Assembly: GCF_048593235.1 (NCBI RefSeq)
Contig: NC_133619.1
Location: 1,006,454-1,070,453 of the forward strand
Direction: 5' to 3'
From: Sminthopsis crassicaudata
Taxonomy: Eukaryota
Length of the DNA: 64,000 nt
Shown: positions 10,700-20,900 of the stretch, piece after piece
Layout of the letters: each line of letters opens with the position of its first letter
How positions within the stretch are numbered: position 1 is the stretch's first letter
The notes under the pieces: model-generated
What the model saw: only the letters and a program-made list of their open reading frames with translations
Told to the model about the DNA's origin: nothing
Databases searched by the model: none
Program-made: the position numbers and the translations under genes

Positions 10700-12620
10700 T
10701 TTAAAGGGAAAAAATTCTATATGTACAAAAACATTTATAGCATCTCTTTTCTGGTGGTAAAGAATTGGAAATTTAGGGGGCAGCTGGGTGGTGCAGTGAA
10801 GTCAGGAGGATCTGAGTTCAAAGCTGGCCTCAGACACTTCACACTTCCTAGCTGTGTGATCCTGGGCAAGTCACTTAACCCCAATTGCCTCAGCAAAAAA
10901 AAAAAAAAAAAAAAAAGGAAGTTCATCAGTTGTGGAATGGCTGAACAACTTATGATATGGGAGTATAATGGGATACTATTGTGCTAAAGAACTGATGAGC
11001 AGAATGATTTAAAAAACCTGACAAGACTCACATGGAGCAGGAAAACACTGCGCACAGCAACGGCAATGTTGTGCAGTGATCAGCTGTGATAGACTCAGTT
11101 CTTCTCAGTAATCCAAGAATTCAGAACTGTTCCAAAGCATTCATGAGGAAACCTGCCATCTGCCCCCAGAGAAAGAACTGATGTCATTTGAACACAGATC
11201 AAAGCAGACCTTTTAACCTTTCTTCCTTTTTTAAAATTTGTTTTTTATAACATGACTAATATGGAAATGTTTTGCATACCTATATATGTATAACCTATAT
11301 CACATTGCTTTCTTAGTGGGGAGGGGAGGGAAGGAGAGAGAGAATTTGGGATTCACAAATTTAAAAAGGATAAAAATTGGTTATGTGTAATTGAAGGAAA
11401 ATAAAATTTTAAATATTTTTTTAAAAAGATTTAACTTTCCATGAAATACTTGAGATTTAACTATAGGAACATGCTTACAAAATGCTTTTCACAAAAGACA
11501 CGCTTAAAACGTTGGGGACGTGTTCATTGGTCAGGGTAAGCAGAGCCAATATAATAAAAATGACAATTCTACCCAAATAAAATTACTTATTCAGTGCCAT
11601 ATCCACCAACCAAAACTTATTTTCTAGAATACATAAACTTCATCTAGAAAAAGAAAATATCTAATATATAAATATATAATTTAAGTTCACTTAAAGGTAC
11701 TTAGCTGTACCAAATCTCAAACTATACCATAAGGTAGTAATCATAAAAACCATCTGTTACTGGCTAAGGAATAGAGAGGTGAATCAGTGCGATAGTACAC
11801 AAGAGTCAGCAGTAAATGACGATGCTAAGCTACTTTTGATTAGCCCAAAGACCTCAGCTTTTCGGACAAGAATTCACTATTTGAGAAAAACTGCTGGGAA
11901 ATCTGGAGAGCAGAAACCAGGTAAAGATCAATACCTCACAATAGACACCAAAAGGTCAAAATGGGTGCATGATTTGGGCATGAAGGATGGCACCATAAGC
12001 ATCTTAGGGGTGCAAGAAATAGCATACCTGTCAGACTTATGCAAAAAAAGAAAAAAAATAGGATCAAAGAAGGGACAGAGAGCGTTACAAAATGTAAACT
12101 GGGTAATTTTGATCACATTAAAGCTCTTGTACCAAAAATATTGCAGCTAATAGGAAAGTATTTTTATAGCAAGTTTTCTCAAATATCTAGGAACTGAGTC
12201 AGATTTATAAAAGTACACGTATTCCCCAACTGCTAAATGGTCAAGGGATTCAGACAGTTTTTCAGACAAATCTAAGCTAGCTGTACTTATATGAAAAAAT
12301 GCTCTAAATCACTATTGATTAGAGAAATGCATGTGAAAGAAAACACCTCATTCCTTTCAAATGGACTAATGTGACAGAAAAGGGAAATGACAAATGCTAG
12401 AGGGGATGTGGAAAGCTGGGACACTAAGGCACTACTGCTGGAGTTGTGAACTGGTCCAACCATTCTGGAGAGCAACTTGGAACTATCCCCCAAAGTCTAG
12501 AAAACGCTGCATACCCTCTGATCCACCAATACCACTGCTAAGTTTGTCTCAAGGAAGAGGGAAGAAAAGAGAAAGGGAAAGAATTTAGAATTTTTTTTAA
12601 AAAGTTACATTTTTACATGT
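10700..12620 (+). mobile_element. Cluster of L1 fragments (3' end and decayed ORF2), bounds approximate
   Basis: AT-rich sequence. L1 3' motifs and ORF2-like remnant peptides (YLTIDTKRSKWVHDL). Confidence 0.75.
10776..10916 (+). mobile_element. Short marsupial SINE with poly-A tail inserted in L1
   Basis: GGGGGCAGCTGGGTGGTGCAGTG...GAGTTCAAA...GTCACTTAACCCCAATTGCCTCAGC followed by an A22 tail. Confidence 0.85.
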
Positions 12621-13939
12621 AATTAAGAAAAATATAAAAGAGAAAAAGAAAAAACAAATTAAAAAAAAAAAAAAAAGATGTAATGTTCCACAGGGATGTG
12701 CAGCCTGACATTTTCAAGGGCTAAAGTGATCTCCTGTTATTGCAAAGCGAATCGTGAAATGAGCCCCCTTGGGCAGCGAGGGGGACATTGCTGAGCAGAA
12801 CACTCCCAGACTGGGCCTCTCTGGCCGTGGTGACAAGGGCTCTGCCCCTAGGGTTTATGGGGCTGCGGGTGTGATTCCTAAATATGGAACTGTTGGAAAG
12901 ATCTTAGTGTCCTCTGGCCCTGGGCAGGGGATTGAGAGGTTTGAGGACTCCTGCCCAGCCTCCCTGCAGGGAAGGCCCAAACCTCCTCTTGCTGGAAGGC
13001 CAGAATGGTGTCCTAATGCTAGCACAGCCAGCCTGGCACTTAGGCTCAGGGAGAGGAGTTGGCCTAATCTTGGCTTTCAGGCTCCCCAAGCTCATGACAA
13101 CTTATTCTCCTTTAAATCCAGGAAGCTGTGCTCAGGGAGCCACTCGAGGCTCTTGGTCTTCTTGGGGGGTCATCAAAGTCCATATTGGGGAGTGGCTGGA
13201 TGGCCAGTGCCCAAAGAGAACCTCTCCTGCCCACTCACCTTCCTCCTCCAGGGCCCTGATGTCTCCCCTCTTCCGTGCGCCTAGTTAGCGTTCCCTCACT
13301 CGGTTTGCCCCCAGATCTCTGGCTCTGTTCTCAGCTCAGATGGCTGCTGGGTGATGGTGGGACGATGCTGCCCACTTGGGCCACGTGCCCTTCTATTTTG
13401 GGCATCAGCCTGCAGGCTCACAGGAGCCACAGCTCTAGCCACGGTCCTTTGATGGGGCATTTCCTGTCCCCCCCCCTTCCAGCCCACTTGTTCCTCTGTC
13501 CCTTGTCCTTGACACCTGCCTTATTCCTCCCCATGAATGTGCAGCTCAAGGGCAGGCTGGGTCGTCCTTCCCTCCAGAGCCATCTTAGGGAGGCTTGGGG
13601 CTCTTCACATCCGAAGGGCGGCCCCCTTGTCATGGGCAGTTTGCCTTTGGAGCCCCAGCCTCGGCCCTGCTGGCCCCGCAGCCCCTGGGGCAGCCTGCTG
13701 TGCTTCTCAGAAGTTGTATTTGTCCTTGTTCCCCAAGGGAACCACATCAGAGAGGTGACATGCCCGTGAATGGGATTGAAGCGAGGGAGGGCTGGGCCAG
13801 GCCCCCGGCCTCCCCTCCCCTCCCCTCCAGAGCCTGATAAATCAGATGACCAAAGACAGCCTGTTTGCAGGGAGGGACCTCGGCCTTTCGAAGCCAGGAT
13901 CTTTTAACTGGTCTCACTCACTTTGGCCGAGGCAACAGT

Positions 13940-14480
13940 TCAGTGAGTAAAGTTAAGTGAGAAATGAGGCAGACAGTAGGGCTCTTACTGGTTCTGTGTC
14001 CCAAGGAAACCATAAAGGAGGAGAAAGGATCCACAGGTGCAAAAACCCACAGGTGGCGTCAAAAGAATGGGAAAAGGAGCGGCTGCCCAACACTTGGGGG
14101 ATGGCTGAGCAAGCTGTGGTCCATGAAGGTCATGGGATGTTACTGTTCTATAGAAAATGAAGAACGAGCTGATTTTAGAAAGGCCTGGAGAGATTTACAT
14201 GAACTGATGCCGAGTGGAACAAGCAGAATCAGATCATTGTACACAGGACCAGCAAGAACGTGCGATGATCAACTGTGAACACTCGGTTCTTCTCAGCGAC
14301 TCTGTGATCCAAAGAATCCCCATAGACTTTGGACAGAAAATGCCGTCTGCAGCCAGAAAAAGAACTGAATGGAAATCGACACATGCTACGGTCACTTCTT
14401 TTTATCTCTTGCGTGGTTTTTCCCTTTTGCTCCAATTTTCTCTCCCAACATGATTCATAAAAATAAAATTTAAAAATGAG
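13940..14480 (+). mobile_element. L1 3' fragment
   Basis: GGAGAGATTTACATGAACTGATG..GTGGAACAAGCAGAATCAG and TATAGAAAATGA motifs shared with the other L1 copies in the window. Confidence 0.75.
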
Positions 14481-15547
14481 GTGAAGAACAACCTCCTTTA
14501 CCACATAGATAAATAAATAAAATAGGTCGGATTTTAGTTGCTACTTGAAGGAAGCCAGAGAAGCCAGGAGGAGCAGAGGAGGAGGAAGAGACTGGTGGCC
14601 AGGGCATGGGTGCAGAGGGGCAGAGAGCTTTGTGGCCTGGCAGCTGGTAGGAGAACAATGGTATTCCAGGATCCTCAGCCTGCACAATTTCCCAGGTCCC
14701 TGCCCAGTCGTTTCACTGAAGTTCCGCGAAGTATCGGGGAGCCCAGGCAAGGTTTCCCTGTCCAGTCTAGATTTCTCGCATGGGCCCACACTGCCCCCTG
14801 CCCACCATTCCTGGCCTGCCAGAGGCTTGTGGATCTCTGGGGGGAAAGCTGCCATGAACACGTCCCACCGGGGAGCCTTTTCAGCCAGGGGCCCGCCTCC
14901 TCCAAAATGTGTCCACGTACTAGAATGCTGGGCCAAAGCCTGGAACTTTTCTAAAAGAATTCCCAATGCAAACCCAGCATTATCGACTTATGTGTTCTTG
15001 GTAATTCTCTTTCGATTCTGGGTGCCAGACTAATCAGAGAGGCGAATAATATTCTGAAGGCACAAAGACATGTCTCCAGGAGAAAGCAAAAAGGGAAATC
15101 ATCTGCAGAACCCCAAGTGGATGCCCAGAGAACTCGTAATCAAGCACCGGCTTTAAAATACACACGGGGAAGCTAGAAACAGGGGCGAGGAACAAGATGG
15201 AGCCGGCCGGACACCGGCCATCATCCTGTATGATAATAGCACAGCGATGCTGCAACAGCAAAGAATGGGAGCCGGGCAGGGAGAGCCAAGGGTAAAAAAA
15301 TGAGCTTGGAGTTTTGTGTGGGAGGGTGTCTGAGGGGGTGCAAGTGTGACTACATGAGGGTGTGTGAGTGTGTGTGCGAGCATGCACACAGCTATTTATT
15401 TGGGAGGAAAGAGTGGCTCAAACCAGGGAAAGGACCCAGCTTGGGGTGGGGGGAGGTGACAATGAAACCGGACAAGGAGAAAGCAGGGCTGCTCGCTTCT
15501 CAGCCCAGGAAGGACCAAATGGGCTTGGCTGGTGGAGAGTTAGTACA

Positions 15548-15635
15548 CGGTCAGCCCGGACCTCGGAAGAGGGCTGCCTGCTCAGGGTGAGCGGTCAGCC
15601 CGGACCTCGGAAGAGGGCTGCCTGCTCAGGGTGAG
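15548..15635 (+). repeat. Exact 44-bp tandem duplication ending in a splice-donor motif
   Basis: CGGTCAGCCCGGACCTCGGAAGAGGGCTGCCTGCTCAGGGTGAG x2. Confidence 0.95.
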
Positions 15636-16680
15636 TCCACTCAAAAGCCGGCCTCCAGCACCCAAACCCCTGTGGGGGAGGGAGGGAAGAGACGCCACGG
15701 GACTAGGAGGAGGAAGACATCCGTTGTCCCCAAAGGGAAGCAAACCAAGTTGGCAAACTACTCGTCAGGGAGCGTGGCTTGGGTTCTGGCCACATTCTAG
15801 AGCACATCGTTAAATGGCTAATGACCCCCTGGAAAAGAAGGCTTCCATGACAGGCCCGGCAGGCTCCAGAACAGGTCAAGCTGGGCTGACATGCAAGTGT
15901 GGGCCACCGTGGCCAAGATGGCCAGCCTGTTTCCCAGAATGACGTGAGCTAACTCCAGGAGGAAACTGAGGGCTCAGGACTGGCCCACAGCTTGAGCCCA
16001 GAGTCATCATTCTCGGCTCCTTGAATGGAGATCTCCAGGAGGTTGGCCTGAGGGTCAGGATGGGACCCTCATGTTAGGATCCTCACTAGGTGCTAAGTCG
16101 GTACTTAACAATTCTCTAGCTCAGAGTTCACACCATTAGTTCAAACCTTTAAAGGAGTCTGTACCTTTAAAGGTGTTTGCTCATTGGTTCTGTAAGGAGT
16201 TCCCACAAGCCCATTCTCGGGGAGGATATAAGGAGCCAACATTGAGTCTGGAAGGAGTCTGGATTGGGTCAAGGAGAAGACTTCCCACACTCTTGGAGGC
16301 AGAGTCTGATTCCCACCCTCTAGGAGATTCAGAGTCAAGATTTCATTCCCACGTCTCCCTTCGTGCTGGCTGGAGGCTTTGGATCCAGAGGGAGCTGGAG
16401 ACTGAAGCTGGCTGGAGACGTTCTGACAGGAAAAGAGTCAGGATTTTGAAGGACACAGTAGAGGATCTGGACTTTAACTCCTGGCTGCCTTTTGGGGATT
16501 ACCGGTACTGAAACTAAAACTAAGGCTGTCTCCCCAGAAGCTCCCCAAGAGAACCACTGCAATCTAGAGAAAAGAGAGCCCTCACCCTCCGATCTTTCTC
16601 AGGCCCAGAGAGGGCACGGTGGCAGCAGGCTGGGACAGATGGCTAGCTGACACTGGATAATGTCAGGCTTCAAGACAGGA

Positions 16681-16787
16681 TGCCGTGCCGTGCCGTGCCG
16701 TGCTGTGCCGTGCCATGCTGTGCCGTGCCATGCTGTGCCGTGACCGTGCCGTGCCATGCCGTGCCGTGCCATGCTGTGCCGTGCCGT
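16681..16787. repeat. (TGCCG)n pentanucleotide microsatellite with CpG-decay variants
   Basis: About 21 units of TGCCG, TGCTG or TGCCA. Confidence 0.95.
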
Positions 16788-17837
16788 GGCTTCGGCTGAG
16801 CCCAAAAAGCGGCTGCTGAGGGCCAGTGGGACGCCACAGGCTCAGAGAGAGCTGGGGAGCTGAAGGGAGTCCAGAGCAGAGCGGGGCGGGGGCCTCCCCA
16901 AGGATCTCTTCCCCAGTGGGCCTGGGAATGACAAGCTCTCCAATCTTTGAGGGGCCGTCCCAGCAGAGGGGGGGGGTAGCTGTGTGCTGCCCGCACCCAG
17001 AGAGACAGAGCAGGGCTAGGAGCAGGCCCCCCCCCCCAAGCTCCTCCCCACTGCGTGGCTTTGGAGCGGGTCAGATGCCAAGCCTGAAAGGACAAAAGAG
17101 CAAAGAGAGAGGACCAGGGAGCTGGCAGGGGGCAAGCCCACAGCAGCTCCAGGAGCCGGGCCGTAAGCCAGCGCTAAGTCATCGAGGGCGCTGGCAAAGA
17201 GCGGGGAGAAAGCTGGGAACTGGGGAGGGAGCCGGAGCTCCCTTTGCTTCCCAGGAGCCTCAGAGGTGGGAGACAAAGGAGACCCCGGCTGAGTTAGTTT
17301 GGAGTGGAGGAAGCTGTGAGTGTCCGGCCCACGAGCCTGATCCCGCGGCCCCCGCGGCCCCCGTGGCCCCCGTGGCCCAGGTGTCCTCTGGCAGCCTGGG
17401 ATGACAAGGGAAGCCCACCGCCTCCTGCACGTGGGCTGTGGCCAGAGCTCCAGGCTAGGAGGGCCCCCACTTGAGCTGGGTCTCCGAAGCCTCCCCTCAG
17501 GGGAGCATCCGCTCCTCCTTCCTCCTCTCCTCCCCCTCTTCTTCGTCCCGACCTCCAGATGTCACCATGCCCTGTCCCCCACTCCTCCTCGCCCCTTCTC
17601 CCCCCTCCCTCCCCTCTGCGGGACAGGAGAAACCGAGGAATGAATGGGGGAGCAGAAGTGGGGGACAAAGCTCCGAGGGGGAAGCTGCCCCGCCCCGCCC
17701 GGCCCGAGCCTCCCCCCTCCGCGGCGGACTGGGGCGGGCACGAGGCCGAGCCCCGCCCCCTCCGGCGGCGCAGCGGGCGGCGAGGCGGGGGTCGGGGGTG
17801 GGGGTGAGCGCCTGCGGCGGCCGCCGGCCGGGGCGTC

Positions 17838-17966
17838 ATGGAACTGCAGGTCCCGGTGCCTCAGCATATTTGACTACAAGACGGAAAGTTCGTGATCGCC
17901 ACGAACAAGAAGGTGGGACTGCTCTACCGGCTCCTGCAGCTCGGCTGTGCTGGCCTACCTGCTGGG
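17838..17966 (+). pseudogene. P2RX5: Frameshifted P2RX5 exon 1 (possible unitary pseudogene or assembly errors)
   Basis: The ATG 17838 frame stops at 17871-17873 and the DYKTE frame stops at 17893-17895. Three single-base indels (~17855, ~17886, ~17944) are needed to join the ATG to the phase-2 donor at 17966. Confidence 0.5.
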
Positions 17967-20900
17967 GTGAGTGAGCCGCCCGCAGCATGGCCTGAGCTCT
18001 CTGCAGCCCTCGCGCTGGGGGGCCCCGACAGGGCTCTGGGCCCAGCCCCGCCCCCCCCCCCCGCCGCCCCCCAGCCTGCTGTCAGGGGCGTTGGGGCGCC
18101 TGGTAGCCGCGGCCGGCGGACCCACGGAGCCTCCGCCCCCTTCTCCGCAAAGCTTCCAGAGCCGGGCTAGCGGAGGACTGGGCGGGGGGCCCTCGGGCGC
18201 CAGCTCCCCCCTGGGCCAGAGGATGGCCGAGTCATCCCCCACCCAAGGGTATTTATAGCCAGGCCACTGGCTTCCAGGCCAGGATGATTGACAGAAATAG
18301 CCTGTGGCCTGAACTCCCTCGCCCTCCCCCCCCCAGCCAAGCGGGACAGCTGGGCCCAAGGGTCTCAGAGGTGGCCTTGGGATCCCACGGGCTCTCCTGG
18401 CCCCCTTCCCTTTCTCTGTCCCTCTTCCCTTCCCCTTCTTTCCTCCACTCTTTCCTTCCTCTGTCCCTTTCTTTCCTGTTTGTTCCCTCTCTCCTTGTCT
18501 CTCCCTTCCTCCTTTCCTATGTTCTCTCCGGCTCTTTAGGGGATGCTCGAACCCCAGGGCCAGATGTCTCTGGATCTTGGGAGAGAGAGAACAGAAGTCA
18601 GGTCCTGCTTCCACACGACAGTCCTTGAAGCCAGATGTCTGCCCCTCCCCCAGCCCAGCCCGGCTCCAGGCCCTTGATCCTCCCTCTTCCCTCCACCTGG
18701 TCCTTGTAGGGTGCTGTCCGGCCCCTTCCCCCCATCCTGGTCAGCATAGAATCAGAAGGAAACTTGGATTCCAAACTGTCTGCGGGAGGAAGGCCCTTTC
18801 TGGCTCATGACTCAGAGACAGGGAGCTCATCACCTGCCAGGGATGGCATCAGGGTTTCTCTCATATTGGGGGTAGAAAGAGTATGGAAGTGCAGGCGCTA
18901 GGGATGGAGGCAGAGCACAATGTGGGGGGGAGACAGATGTCATTGATGCTTTCCTAGGAAGGGTTCTGCAGAGCCTCTTGGGAGAACGGAGTGTGAGGGT
19001 GGGGAGTGACTGAGCAAATCGGCCCCTTTCATCTACATCCCCAGAGAAAATATTCTGCTTTCATTCCTCAGGCAGCTTGGAACAGGTGCCAATCTAGCAG
19101 TCATAGGCTTTAAACTAAGTACAGTCGGTCAACAAGCATTTATTCAGCACCTGCTGTGTGCCAGACACTGTGCTAAGTGCAGAAAAAGCCATTCAGCAAT
19201 GGAAGTGGGGCTTGCATATGCGGTCCCATCAGCTGAGGAGAGCTGAGGCGAGGAGAGAGCATTCCCACTGAGTCTCTGGTGAGAAATAGATTGGAAGGGG
19301 AGAGGGGAAAGGGGGAAAGGGAGAGGAAAGAAGAGGGCAGGAGAAGAGGAAGAGGAGGGGAGGGAAGGGGAGGGAGGAGAGGAAAAGGAGAAGACGAAGA
19401 AACAAAGGAAGAAGAAAAAAGAAGGAAGAAAGAAGAGGAGGAAGAAGAGGAGGAAGGGGGAAGAGAAGAGAGAAGAAGAGTGTAAGGAAGGGAGAGGAGA
19501 AGAGGAGAGAGGAGGTAGAAGTGTTCCCAGTGAGAGAAGCAGGTTGGAAAGGAGGAGAGGATCTATGATCTCCTCCCCTCCTGTACACCCAGATCCTGAT
19601 CCTTTCAGTCTCAGCTCCTGCCAGCTTCGTCACTGAGTGGATCCAAATCTCAAAGAAGCACTCCCAAGTCGCACCTCAGCCCAACTCTGCGCCCTCGTGC
19701 ATGAGGCTCTACAAGGAAGGAGTTTCCATAAAAAGACGTCTCAGGGAGGGAGGGGGTAGTGGACTAACAGCCAACAGCCAGTGTGGATCGGCAGAACCAC
19801 GTAAATATGCTCATGTTTGGTCTTCAAGGGCGGTCATTGACATTCCCATTGGACAGATCAGGAAGCTGAGGCCAACAGAGTTGGGACTGGCCCAGACAAG
19901 TGGCCAATAGGTGTCCGAAGCCCCTGACTCAGCCCAGACAGTGCCTCAAGCCCAGCATGACTCCACGGTGACAGAATAAAATGGGGCTCAGGTGCTTGGT
20001 TAGGCCCCAGGCCCTCTGTCCTGTGCTCTGGCTGATGCGCTTCAGGAGGGACTGCAGAGCTGCAGAGGGGTACCGGGGGCAGTCAGAAGGTGAAGACGGC
20101 CAGGGCAGGCAAGACCAGGGCCTCTTTCAAGAGCGTGAAGAGCTGCCAAACAGAGAGGGACCAGCAGAAAGGGCCGGAGGCTTCCAGACAATGCAGACAG
20201 ATGAGCCGGCCTCTCTGGGATCCCGGGACTTTGGTCCAGAGGCAGGCAGGATGCTGTGAGAAGTGGCCAGCCCTGCCCAGCAGCGTGGCCTTCAGACTCA
20301 GAGGAGCGCCAGCCTCATGGTCCCTTTTATGTTGTCCGTGGGAAGACTGAGCCCAAGGCTGGGTCACGAGGCCCCAGAGCATCAGGTATCCACTCCAAAC
20401 ATACCTGACTGAGGACTCGGGGCCAGCGCAGTCTGGGGCTGATGTTTGCCAAGGTCCTGGACAGGCCCCTCCCCCCCAGCCCACCCCACCACAGTGGAGT
20501 CACCTGGCGCCCCCACGTGGCCAGTGCCCCATCTCACAGCATCAAGCGTGGCCCTTAAGGATAGTAGGTGGCTCCAACGGATAAATGGTCAAAGGATATG
20601 AACAGACAATTTTCAGATGATGAAATTGAAACTATTTCCACTCATATGAAAGAGTGTTCCAAATCACTACTGATCACAGAAATGCAAATTAAGACCACTC
20701 TGAGATACCACTACACACCTGTCAGATTGGCTAAGATGACAGGAACAATAATGATGAATGTTGGAGGGGATGTGGGAAAACTGGGACACTGATGCATTGT
20801 GGGTGGAGTTGTGAAAGAATCCAGCCATTCTGGAGAGCAATGTGGGACTATGCCCAAAAAGTTATCAAACTGTGCATCCCCTTTGATCCAGCATTGCTGC

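Noticed and set aside
14800-15300. Unique sequence with protein-like short frames on both strands
   Set aside because: Frames are interrupted by stops, with no family motif or paired splice sites that I could support.
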